Source of the DNA: Geosiphon pyriformis uo1
Taxonomy: Eukaryota > Fungi > Glomeromycota
Assembly (NCBI GenBank): GCA_016748015.1
Contig: JAAOMT010000435.1
Location: 124,001-188,000, forward strand
Direction: 5' to 3'
Length of the DNA: 64,000 nucleotides
The notes beneath the pieces are model-generated. The model was not told where the DNA came from, did no database searches, and was given only the letters and a program-made list of their open reading frames with translations. Both the position numbers and the translations under genes were made by a program. Shown here piece after piece: positions 24,908-37,660 of this stretch; within the stretch, counting starts at the first letter, position 1, and each line of letters opens with the position of its first letter.

Positions 24908-25779
24908 TGTTATGGGTAAATTTGGTGGAGTATGATAATAACGTTTGGTGCTCTATTTTTGGGTTATCTTTTAAGGTTGTCTACTTTTTCTGCCATGTCA
25001 GTGTTATCAGTCTCTGAAAGTCTATTCCTGAATGTGAATTTACCCATTGAGTTCTTTGGTTATAAGGCACAGAATTTGTCTTTTGTCAATTGCAATGTTT
25101 TCCACAAATGTAAGTTTTCTTCTCTGCACTAATGAATGCAGTCATTAGGGTCTGGTGTTGTCTTTTCGCCCTTCTAGTAAGCTACCAAGATAATATTAAT
25201 ATCTAGAACTTAGAGAGAGCTTTCTTTTTTTACCAGGCTATCACAAAGTCTATTTCAAGACAGTCAATTTTCTTATGTTGCTGCTCTAAGAAAAAAAAAA
25301 AAAAAAATAGAGAAAGAAAAAAATTAGTTTCTATCAATTGCTGTAATCAAGAGCAATTGGTCCAAATTGTTAAGGTTTAATGTGTTTATGCTAATAGCAT
25401 CTGTCCTAGAACAAAGGTAAAAAATACTGATTTCGATTTTTAATTAAAATCTGTAATATTGGTGAACATAAAGTGGTAAATTGGATTTTTTTTTGGTTTT
25501 TTTTGATATTTTATTGTATTTCGGACTATGGATATATGATAAATATAATACAAAGTAAAATTAATTGCTAACTAACTGTCTTTTCAACTTCTACAACTAC
25601 TTGCTTTTATACATTCTTTTGGTTTTACAAGATTGCTTTCAATTACTTCACTATTGCTTGTTATTGCTAGTTATTGCTCATATTTGTCCTATGTTACCTT
25701 GAATTGTACCATATTTTTCTTGTTACATTTTTTTGTCATGTTTTTTCATAGCTTTTTGGTTTTTTTTACTCGGGTAACA
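24908..25779 (-). repeat. 5' LTR, family C
   Basis: Adjacent to the PBS. Direct repeat of 15937-16856. Confidence 0.95.
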
Positions 25780-25783
25780 GTAA

Positions 25784-26690
25784 AAGACCAAGTGTGCTAA
25801 TAATATTATGAATACAAACAGTGGTTTTGATTTTGACATAATTAAAACCTTTAGTGTTTGGCAACCTAATAACAAGATTCACTTTGACTATAATAGTATA
25901 TTATTAGTAACACTTTGGTTCTATTTTATAAAAATTCTGTATTACTGCTTATCAGTGGCCAAAAAAAAAAAATTATACAATCTCAAATACTCAAATGTGG
26001 CTTGTATCTGGTGTGGTATAATAGAGAACTTTGACTACATATTTGTGTGTACACATAATAGTGGTGTTAGGACAGAATTGTTGTCAAATATAATTCTAAA
26101 GTGGTTTGATATAATTGATGCTTTTGCTAATAGTAGTGTAATTTTTAGGTCTTTATGTGAAGCTAGGATATTAGTTGACTTATACATAGTTCTGGCTAAA
26201 AGCTTTATATTAAAAAGCTGGGTGGCTAATACAATATGCTATTTAAGTACTGAATCTGATGATGGTATAATTATTGTTGATTTGATCTATAATCTGACCA
26301 TAGACCACAGATCTGCTATTTGGCTACTTACAGCCAAGTTAAGATCTTTTTATAAAAAACATAATCTTTTACCACATAATAATTTTGTCTTTCTTTTAGT
26401 ATCTAGTTTGTTGTTCTTATGGTGTTCTGTTATAATTCAATGTTTTAGTATTAGACTTGATATCTATATTTGCTTTGGTTTGCATTTCAATTTGTCCAAA
26501 TTAGATTTTGGTTTTTTGCACAAAATTTTGTTTGTAAATAAGTTAGGTGTATAGTGCTGCCTTAATTGGTCTGAGTGGTTGATCATGTGTAAAAAATGCA
26601 TGAGCTGTGCTTAATTTAGAATTTTATTTGGTTTTATGTATTTAGGTAGTGATTAGACTGTGCTTATTAAATGTTTAATAATAATAAAAA
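25784..26690 (+). mobile_element. LINE ORF2 3' part and 3' UTR (continuation of 12127-15936)
   Basis: Resumes after the GTAA TSD. C-terminal zinc-finger-like CIWCGIIENFDYIFVC. Stop at 26552-26554, then a 3' UTR with stem-loop TCATGTGT-AAAAA-ATGCATGA (26583-26603) and an A-rich end. Confidence 0.85.
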
Positions 26691-27538
26691 TTAAATTAAA
26701 TATTTAAATTTGGTATTGTTTTATAACAATTACTAATTTTAAGTTTTAATGAATATTTTTTAAGTTAATTAAAAAAATTATATGTTAATTTATGAAATTA
26801 ATAATTAAAAATTGCTTCTTAAATATTAATATTTAGGTTTATTATTATATACAACTTTTTTTTAAATTTTATTATTAAATTTTAACTTATATAATTTATT
26901 ACTTAAGTAATTAAATTTTTTATTCAACTATTTTTTAGTTTTAATTTTATGTAAAAAAAAAACTTTATTTTCATTTGTTAATTTATTGATAATTAATAAC
27001 AGTTTGTTATTATGTTATTTTTTATTAAGCTTAAAAATATTTAATAAAAATAACTATTTTTTTTAATATTAAAAAAAATATAAACATTTGTTGTAGTATT
27101 TTTTAATAGTTTTTTTAGTAATAAATTAAATTAAATAAGTTTTATTAAAAAATTAATTAATAATATTGATAAAATAAAAAAATTTTACTTTTGTTTAAAA
27201 TTAATTGTAATTTTGGTTAATAATTCACAAAATATTTTGTTAAAACTTTTTTATAAGTTTATTAGTTTATAAATAAAACTTACTATTAATTTATGATTTA
27301 AATTTTAAATAACTTTAATTTTAGTTATTTTATAAAATAATTTATAATTATTATAATATATTGATTTTTTTGTTGTAATAAATAGTAATTTAACTAAATT
27401 AATTTTTACTTAATTAAATAATTATTTAATTTTAATTGAATTAAGAGATTTTATATAATAATTTTTTTAATATATTACAAAAGTTAACATATTTTTAAAT
27501 ATTTTTTTGTATATAAAACCAAAAATAATAGTTTGATA

Positions 27539-29830
27539 TTTTTTTTTATTTTTTTTTTATTAGAGTTTAACGAGCAAGGCCCAACCACTATCTAATACAA
27601 TATGACTATGTAGAGTCTTAAAATTAGATGTAGTTCACATGTTTTCTACATGTAACCAGCTACTTGAGCCAGTTCAGGCTATACTATGTTGATGCACCAG
27701 AAAAAAACTTACTCAAAAATGACATCTTTTAAATAACCAAAAACAGAGTCACACTACAAGAAACCAATTCAACCAGTCATTCAGCTGTTTTTAAGGCATC
27801 AGCTTTAACATCAATAAGCTCATGTTCCCAAAGGGACAACAAGTTAGAAAACATCTCATCATCCAAACCAACTGGATGTTCTGAATCACCAGACATATCG
27901 ATATCCTCCATGCAGCATTTTTTTTTAAAGAAATTACTTCTCTTCTCAGCTTACCAACAATCTTACTAAAAGAACCCATATGGACTATGACCTCATTAAC
28001 CTTAAGGCCAAGGTTACTACTTGAAACCAAATCCCCATTAATAAATTGTTCAAACAATTTGACCAAGGAACCAACTGGTTTAACAATAGACTCAACCAAA
28101 GTAGAAAGCTTGACCAAATCAGATTCCAAAGAAGCCAATCAAGAAGACACTAAGGAATCACCAACAACCATAGAAGAGGAAGTAAAAGCCACCAAGAGAG
28201 GAAACTCAGAAGAATCCAGAGAAGCAGAAGCTTTTGCATAAGAAACACCACTCACAAAATGAGACTTGAAAACCTTGGGAATCTTGGGAGTAAGAGATGG
28301 GAAAATTTTGCAATCCACAGCCAGATGGTCTATCTCTTGACACTTAAAGCAGCGCCGGCAGCCAGGAGTTTCCCACCAGATATGGCATTTCCTTAGAGTA
28401 CCAGTTTTGACTACAGCAAAATCCAAATCGCCTTAAGAGTCAAATATAACCAAAGCAAACCGGAAACAATGACCAGAATCAGGAAAACAAGTGATGAAAC
28501 ATGTTCGACCACCAATCTGAGAAATCATATTACTGATTTCAAAGATGGTACAGCCAGGGAAAAGATTGACCAATTTGGCCTTAAACTTATTATGAAACAA
28601 AATAGTCTCATTTTGATTCACTAAAGGGAGGATTCTAATACTATTCTTGCTCATCAAGACTGACCAATGCTTCAAGGCAGACACAGCAGAGGCTAACTTT
28701 TCAAAATAAACCACCACATATTGCCAAATACCAGCAGGCTTCAGCACAACATAAGTAACACTACCAAATACACTGAGAGCCAACTTAACGTCATTAGCAG
28801 ACACACCCAAAGGTATGTCATACAACACAACAGCAGCAAGAGGGGAACCAAATTTAGAAACCACCAAAGACTTGGCAATTTTGAGAGTGGTCAAACAAAC
28901 AGAGCTTGTAAGCTCAACCAGAAATGCAGTTTCCAAAGACTGTTGAGAAGCAAACTCCACACAGAAAAGCTTTACATTGTCTTTTAAAACAGATCTAGCA
29001 TCCAAGAAACCATGCACAGACTGAAAAACAGTCTTAACATAAGCCAATTTGATCTTAAAAGTAGCACCAGGCACCAGAGTGGAGGCCACCCACCCAGCAA
29101 ACCTTTGACAACTAGTAATAGTTTCCCAAGCACCACCAGAAGTAGTACCAGAAACTAGAGGAGGAGATGATTCAGTTTCCATTTGATCAGCCCAGTTTTC
29201 AAGAACAGGTGACCCAACAGAAGGAGATTGTTTTGCTTCTAAAACTGGCGAAGATCTGCCAGAAGACACCACATTTGGCAACACAGCCAGTGGTTGATTT
29301 TGGCCCATCTTGGATGACATGCCAAATGATGTTACAGAAATCTCATCTAAGATCTCATTGGGAACCACAAAGGGGTTTGGTGTAACAATAGCAGAGGCAA
29401 GCAACTGCCTCCACTTTTCTGAACTTCTGGTTTTTTTGACTATTTTTTTGAAGAGGTGGTACTAGAAGCACCAGGTGTTGAATCTATAGAGGGGAAGACT
29501 AGCTTATTTACTAGTCTATTATTAAAAACTTTTGGGCTCTTGGTTGGAGTGGAGGCAACACTGGGACTAACCCAGATGTGTCTCTTTGAGAGGACTTTGA
29601 CTGGTGAAAAACCAGCCAAAGATGAGGAAGTTGCTTCAGTGGCTACCAAAGACAGTTTATCACGATTATTGAGTAAAGGGAAGGCTTCTAAAACATTTTG
29701 TCTAGTTGCTTTTACAACAGAGAGAGCTCCTTTGATTGAAATTTTATTAAATATTTCAGGACAGATATCAGGTGCAGCTTTTTTACTCTTTGCTTTGGTC
29801 ATGATCATAAAATTAAGGAGACAAAGAGTC
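27539..29830 (-). mobile_element. ORF1-only polyadenylated non-LTR element (HAL1-like)
   Basis: One ~700-codon frame (ATG 29802 to TAG 27684), broken by two homopolymer slips and a few transition-derived stops. Homologous to the LINE ORF1 at 62057, with a CCHC knuckle CFKCQEIDHLAVDC. Followed by a ~125-nt UTR and poly(A) (T-run 27539-27558). No ORF2. Confidence 0.85.
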
Positions 29831-30199
29831 ATCTTATTTTTTAAATTATATTGTTTTTTTTTAAATATATTAATAAAAAATTTAAATATAAATTATATAA
29901 TTTTTTTTTGTTTTTAAATTAATCTAAATAAATTGTTAAAATATTTAAAGTTTAATTAATTTGTTAATATTTTAAATATTTTTAAGTAATTTTAAGATTA
30001 TTATGATTTTTTAAATTTATTATTAGTTATTATTAAAAGTTTTATTAAAATAATAATTTAATTAATATTAATTTTATTTTATTTTTAAAAAATTATTAAT
30101 GTTTATATGTAATATAAAAATTAAGAAACTTTTTTTTTTATATATATTTAAAAATTTTTAAAAAACAAAGTTTTAAGAAAAATCTTTTGTTTTTTCTTA

Positions 30200-30849
30200 T
30201 AAATTTATTATTTAGTTAGATATTTTATAATTTTTTTTGTTTAAATATAAAACTGTAGTTATAAAAAAAACCAAAAAAAAATTTAATATTAATATATTTA
30301 TAACTAATTTAATAAAAAAATAAAGTATTAAAAAACCTGGCTGTTAATAAATATACAAATAATTTTTTAAATGTTTTTTTAACTTAATTTAAATACTAAA
30401 AACACAATAGAATTAAAAAACATTAACATTAAAAAAATTTTTAATAAAAAAAACCAGTTTTTAATTTAATAGTATTAAAACAATTACTTAAGAAACTTCT
30501 TAAAAAAATCAATTTTAATATTAATAATATTAATAATAATAATATTTTGAATAGTTTTTTTTTTAAAGTTATTAGTTAATGTTTTGGTTTGTAAATTCTT
30601 TGTTTTAAATATAAATTTTTTAGTTATTAGTAAAAAATTAGCACAAAATAAATTAAAATTATCAAAAATCTGTTTTTTAATATAAATAAATTTAAAGAGA
30701 TTTCTATTTTTTTAAAATTTGGTAGTATTATTTAAATGTTTTTTACTTATCAAAAATAATATTAGTAGCAATAAGTTTAATAAATAATAAAAGTATTGTA
30801 ATAAACACCAATTTCAAAAAGTCAGTCAACAATTACACAAATTAAGCAG
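30200..30849 (+). mobile_element. Highly decayed LINE ORF1 5' fragment
   Basis: 30580-30849 is colinear with 62450-62730 once C>T and G>A changes are allowed. The left boundary is approximate. Confidence 0.55.
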
Positions 30850-31854
30850 TATTATTCGAATAGAAAAGCTAATCCAAAAGTTATTAAAAAAACATGATTA
30901 AAATATAATAACATAAAAAAATGTAATAATGTAAAATAACACAAAATAATACATAATAACTTAGAATAATACAAAATAGCATACAATAATGTAAAATAAT
31001 ACAAAATAACTGGTCATAACATAAAATAACTAGTTATAAAATAAAAAAATAAAACAACAACAATATTAGTAAATAATAATTAGTAATAACAAATATCTTT
31101 TGAATTAATTTTACTTATATATCTTATATTTATATTACCTTAAATAAAAAAAATATTTAAAACTAAATTATTCATATATAATTTATGAATTCTTATATTT
31201 TATTTAAATTAAATTATTTTTTTTATTTTTATTCTTAGCCAAATATTTTTAACATAAAATGTCTTAAAACAGTAATTATTTAGACCAATTGCTTTTGATT
31301 ATAACAATTAATAATACTAATTTCTTTTTATTTTATTTTATTTTATTTATTTTACTTGTAAAATAGTAACATTGGAAAATCAACTGTTTAAGAATAGATT
31401 TTGTAATAGTTTAATAAAAAAAAAAGTTTTTCTAAGATTAAATATTAATATTATCTTAATAGTTTACAAAAAGACAAAAAAACATTGCTAAACTTTAGTA
31501 ATTGTATTCAACTAGCTTAAAAAAGATAATTTATCTATATAAACAGTAAACAGCTAAACCATTTTTTTGTGCCTTATAATCAAAAAACTTCATAAATAAA
31601 TTTACATCTATAGCAAATCTTTAAAGACTAATAATTTTAATATGCTTTATATATTTACAAAAAAAAAATTTTAAAGTTTGTAATACTCAAACTTAGAACA
31701 CTAAACATTACTACTATATTTTATCAAGTTTACTCATAATATTTAGTGCTTTTTGTGAAATTATAAAATTTACAAAGACAAAACACTTCAGAAATTCACA
31801 AAGTAATAACTATTAGAACTATAAAAAAAGATTGCTTATTATTTGGAAAAATAT

Positions 31855-34800
31855 TATTTCAACCTTTTAAAAAAGACTTAAGAATATTAACAAAAACCAT
31901 TATTATTAAAAACAATTTTTGTTATTATGTACACACTAGAATTAATTACCTACTAGATTGAACAACCAATATAAAAAAATTCAAAAAACAAATCCATTAA
32001 AAATTATTAATATGTTTAATTTTAACTATTACTCAGACAATAATTAAGACCTTTCTCTTGATTAATAAAAAAATTAAAATATATATTTAAGAACAATATT
32101 TATAGATAACAAGGAAACAAATATTAAAACCCAATTTTGAAGAATTTAAGTTAAATTTTGATAACAATAATATGTAATTTATACAAGAAAAAGTCATATT
32201 TATAGTTAATAAGAAATTAAAATTTTTTTATTAACAACTTTTTCATATTATTAAATTTCTAAAAACAGAATCTTATTCAATCAATTTATTAAGCCACAAT
32301 TAAAAACTTTAAAAATTCTTGGAAGCTTATACTCTTGGAACTCTAATTGCAATCTCTAAACAAAATTTTTAAAAGAATACAGATTACTGTTTGAAAGCCT
32401 TACCTCAGCAACCAATAATTCAGTTAAAAACACTTTTTTTCTGAGCACAACTTTTAGCAACTTTTCTAACCAAATTAACCACTATCTTTTTAGGTAATAC
32501 AACTATACTACAACCTATTGGTTCAACCAACAAAAAAACAATTAGCTTCAAGTTTAGTAAAACAATCAGTTATATTTTTACCAATCTCTTCTTTGTTAAC
32601 AAATAAATTACTTTTTATTACTTAAGTCATAACTTATAGAAATATTACTAGACTGGAAAAATTCTCTAATAAAGAAGACAATACATATACATAGATTGTA
32701 GAGACTAAAAAAGTAATTAGCATCAATAATTGAAATAAGACTAGAACAATTTAAGCTCTGCTGTTTTTTTTAACAAGAATTACAAACTTATGATATTAAA
32801 GTTTTAAAGAGAAACCAATTGACTTTACTGCTTTTAAACTTATTTTCTTACAATACTTCTGTAATTTTAATATACTTATTAAACTACAAAATCAATTTAG
32901 CATAATAAAACAAAAAAATTACAAAGCAATAATTACTTATTTTGAACAATTTAATTAAATTTTTTGTCAAATTTAGGTGATTAAAAAAAACTACTACACT
33001 TCTAAACAAATTTTTAACCAATTTATCAAAGAGTTAAGAAGTAGTATTTTATGATCTATAAGACTATACTATTTGAATAATTTACAAGAAGCTGTAATTT
33101 TTACTTGTAATTTTAAATCAATAAAACAAGAAGCCAATCATACCCAAATTATTAATTTGGTTATAAATAAAACTTTAAATATTAATGTAAAACTTATCTA
33201 ATTAAGTAAAAATTTTACTTAAAAAATTGAAAATTCTTAGTAAGAAATTTGGAAATTTATCAATTATTACAACATAAAAGCAATTTTAATAATTATTAAT
33301 AACAGCAGAATTAACAATAACTACAACAATCTTAGAAGTCAAATTTCTATAATTGTTATTATTATTAAAAACCCAGACATATTGCAAAAGATTGCAGAAA
33401 AAAAATAGTTAATTAAAACCAAAAAAATTAATATCAACAACAATTAAAATATTTTCAAGCCATAAAATTTTAATACTGTTTGTTGTTATTATTACTTATA
33501 GAAATTAGGAGTATTATAATTAAAAAAATAGCCAATCAGAAATAAGTATAGTAATAGAGAAATTCCAAAATTCTTTTTAAAAGAATTATAGGATTCTAGA
33601 ATTACAAAATTCTTATATAAAGAATTACAGAATTCCAGGAATTCCAGAATTTCTGGTTAGAGAATTGAGAAATTCAAAAAATCTTATATAATATAAATTA
33701 TATATATATAGCAAGAATATTAAAAACAGAAAAAGCAATTCCAGAAGAATTCAAGAATTTCTGTAGAATTCAATAGAATTTATATTAATTTAGAACAATA
33801 CTTTTTCTTTAAAAGATAGTTTTCTATGATTTGAAATAAAATTATTCTCTTATTAATAAAATTATTTATTATTATCAAATTTATGTTATTATTAATTGAT
33901 TAAGAATATTAATTATTTTTACTATTATTAACACTTTATGTTAATAAAATTTAATATTTAACTATACTGGACCAATAACTTTTAATCATGACTATTAACA
34001 AGATACTAACTTTTCTTGTCTTGGCTTATTTCTTTATTTTTTTTCTTTATTTTTTTCTATTTTCTTTTTTTTTTTTTTTTTTTTTTTTTTNNNNNNNNNN
34101 NNNNNNNNNNTATTTCAACCTTTTAAAAAAGACTTAAGAATATTAACAAAAACCATTATTATTAAAAACAATTTTTGTTATTATGTACACACTAGAATTA
34201 ATTACCTACTAGATTGAACAACCAATATAAAAAAATTCAAAAAACAAATCCATTAAAAATTATTAATATGTTTAATTTTAACTATTACTCAGACAATAAT
34301 TAAGACCTTTCTCTTGATTAATAAAAAAATTAAAATATATATTTAAGAACAATATTTATAGATAACAAGGAAACAAATATTAAAACCCAATTTTGAAGAA
34401 TTTAAGTTAAATTTTGATAACAATAATATGTAATTTATACAAGAAAAAGTCATATTTATAGTTAATAAGAAATTAAAATTTTTTTATTAACAACTTTTTC
34501 ATATTATTAAATTTCTAAAAACAGAATCTTATTCAATCAATTTATTAAGCCACAATTAAAAACTTTAAAAATTCTTGGAAGCTTATACTCTTGGAACTCT
34601 AATTGCAATCTCTAAACAAAATTTTTAAAAGAATACAGATTACTGTTTGAAAGCCTTACCTCAGCAACCAATAATTCAGTTAAAAACACTTTTTTTCTGA
34701 GCACAACTTTTAGCAACTTTTCTAACCAAATTAACCACTATCTTTTTAGGTAATACAACTATACTACAACCTATTGGTTCAACCAACAAAAAAACAATTA

Positions 34801-36325
34801 GCTTCAAGTTTAGTAAAACAATCAGTTATATTTTTACCAATCTCTTCTTTGTTAACAAATAAATTACTTTTTATTACTTAAGTCATAACTTATAGAAATA
34901 TTACTAGACTGGAAAAATTCTCTAATAAAGAAGACAATACATATACATAGATTGTAGAGACTAAAAAAGTAATTAGCATCAATAATTGAAATAAGACTAG
35001 AACAATTTAAGCTCTGCTGTTTTTTTTAACAAGAATTACAAACTTATGATATTAAAGTTTTAAAGAGAAACCAATTGACTTTACTGCTTTTAAACTTATT
35101 TTCTTACAATACTTCTGTAATTTTAATATACTTATTAAACTACAAAATCAATTTAGCATAATAAAACAAAAAAATTACAAAGCAATAATTACTTATTTTG
35201 AACAATTTAATTAAATTTTTTGTCAAATTTAGGTGATTAAAAAAAACTACTACACTTCTAAACAAATTTTTAACCAATTTATCAAAGAGTTAAGAAGTAG
35301 TATTTTATGATCTATAAGACTATACTATTTGAATAATTTACAAGAAGCTGTAATTTTTACTTGTAATTTTAAATCAATAAAACAAGAAGCCAATCATACC
35401 CAAATTATTAATTTGGTTATAAATAAAACTTTAAATATTAATGTAAAACTTATCTAATTAAGTAAAAATTTTACTTAAAAAATTGAAAATTCTTAGTAAG
35501 AAATTTGGAAATTTATCAATTATTACAACATAAAAGCAATTTTAATAATTATTAATAACAGCAGAATTAACAATAACTACAACAATCTTAGAAGTCAAAT
35601 TTCTATAATTGTTATTATTATTAAAAACCCAGACATATTGCAAAAGATTGCAGAAAAAAAATAGTTAATTAAAACCAAAAAAATTAATATCAACAACAAT
35701 TAAAATATTTTCAAGCCATAAAATTTTAATACTGTTTGTTGTTATTATTACTTATAGAAATTAGGAGTATTATAATTAAAAAAATAGCCAATCAGAAATA
35801 AGTATAGTAATAGAGAAATTCCAAAATTCTTTTTAAAAGAATTATAGGATTCTAGAATTACAAAATTCTTATATAAAGAATTACAGAATTCCAGGAATTC
35901 CAGAATTTCTGGTTAGAGAATTGAGAAATTCAAAAAATCTTATATAATATAAATTATATATATATAGCAAGAATATTAAAAACAGAAAAAGCAATTCCAG
36001 AAGAATTCAAGAATTTCTGTAGAATTCAATAGAATTTATATTAATTTAGAACAATACTTTTTCTTTAAAAGATAGTTTTCTATGATTTGAAATAAAATTA
36101 TTCTCTTATTAATAAAATTATTTATTATTATCAAATTTATGTTATTATTAATTGATTAAGAATATTAATTATTTTTACTATTATTAACACTTTATGTTAA
36201 TAAAATTTAATATTTAACTATACTGGACCAATAACTTTTAATCATGACTATTAACAAGATACTAACTTTTCTTGTCTTGGCTTATTTCTTTATTTTTTTT
36301 CTTTATTTTTTTCTATTTTCTTTTT
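31855..36325. repeat. Apparently identical 2.2-kb direct duplication flanking an assembly gap (N x20 at 34091-34110)
   Basis: 34111 onward repeats 31855 onward (offset 2256) with no difference that I could see, although the DNA is heavily mutated TE sequence. The first copy ends in a poly-T run at the gap. Confidence 0.9.
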
Positions 36326-36811
36326 TTCTTTTGTTGTTTGTTTATTAAATTAATTAAAAAAAATTAATGCACAGAGTATTAATGTCAAGATATAATACTA
36401 GTAAAAGACCCAGGAATAAAGGTAAACACTCAAAATTGAAGATAGCTTACCAGGAAATTGCTGGCCACCAAGCTGAGAAAAAAATTAATAGAATTATGAT
36501 TCCAAAAAACTACTAAAAACAGCTATTAAATTTTTGTTTATTATACAAAAGACTCAATCAAAATTTTCAGATCATTAAAACCTTCAGATATTACTAATAA
36601 TATTAGCTATTTAGTACTAAGTTATAAGTTTGTTATTTGTTTCTAGATCCCAAATATCATCTGTAACATTTGGTGCTCCTTGTAAGATATAATCTAACAG
36701 AAAACCAGCACCAACAACAACTATAAAGAAAAATGGCAGACCAAAAAAAAACAAGAGAAAATTACTTAGGATTTGCAAAATTCTTATTTTAGTATTATCT
36801 TTAAAAAATGC

Positions 36812-37260
36812 ATTAAAATTGAAACTCTGATTATTCAAAACCCAATTATTAAAACTTTGAACATTTGAAAATTATCATTGATAAATTTGTTAAAACTTAT
36901 TAAATTAAAAACTCTGATTATTCAAAACCCGATTATTAAAACCTCAAATATTTGAAACTTATTTTTGATAAATTCATTAAAAACTTGTTAAATTAAAACT
37001 CTGATTATTCAAGACCCAATTATTAAAATCCTGAACATTTGAAAATTACTATTGATAAACTTATTAAAACTTGTTAAATTAAAAACTTTGATTATTTAAA
37101 ATCTGATCATTAAAACCCTGAATATTTAAAACTTATTTTTGATAAATTCATTAAAAATCTGTTAAATTAAAACTCCGATTATTTAAGACCCAATTATTAA
37201 AACCCCAAACATTCAAAACTTACCTTTAATAAACTTGTTAAAACTCCAATTATTCAAGAC
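36812..37260 (+). repeat. Tandem array, five 87-bp units
   Basis: The ACTCTGATTATTC-like anchor recurs at 36824, 36911, 36998, 37085 and 37172. Two unit variants alternate. Confidence 0.85.
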
Positions 37261-37660
37261 CTAATCATTCAAAAACCCAAACATTCAAAACCCAATAATT
37301 CTAACTCTGTTATCATACAAAAAAACTTACTGTCAATAAAATTTGTTAAACTTCTAGCAATTTAAACTTTGAAAATTATTCAAAAACCAGAACATTTAAT
37401 AAATTTCAAATCCTGCTATTATACAAGAAAACTTATCTTCAATAGCCCAATAAAATCTAATTTTCATAGTACTAATAAATCAGCAAAACTTACTTGACAG
37501 CCCTAAATTAAAATATTAGCATGTAGTTACAATTCATTTCCATGCATCATATATTTGAAGAAAAGCCAATTAGCAAAAACAAATCAGAATTAGAATTAAA
37601 ACTTAATCCCAATTCAAACTCTACTGATGATAACAACAATTTAAACTTCACTAATAATAA

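Larger units (their letters stand above)
15937..25779 (-). mobile_element. Full-length (~9.8 kb) but pseudogenised Ty3/Gypsy LTR retrotransposon with dUTPase, family C
   Basis: LTRs 24908-25779 (5') and 15937-16856 (3'). Perfect TSD GTAA (15933-15936, 25780-25783). PBS TTTGGTGCTTCCTGTGAGG (24907-24889) and PPT 16857-16871. gag with CCHC knuckle (~23320), PR (~22650), Cys-rich domain (~22130-21480), dUTPase (~21290-20900), RT (YLDN ~19865), RNase H, IN with GPF motif, and an extra ORF at 17604-16870. Confidence 0.95.

Noticed and set aside
36812-37260. CRISPR-like regular repeats
   Set aside because: Whole units repeat with no unique spacers, there are no cas genes, and the context is a eukaryotic TE.
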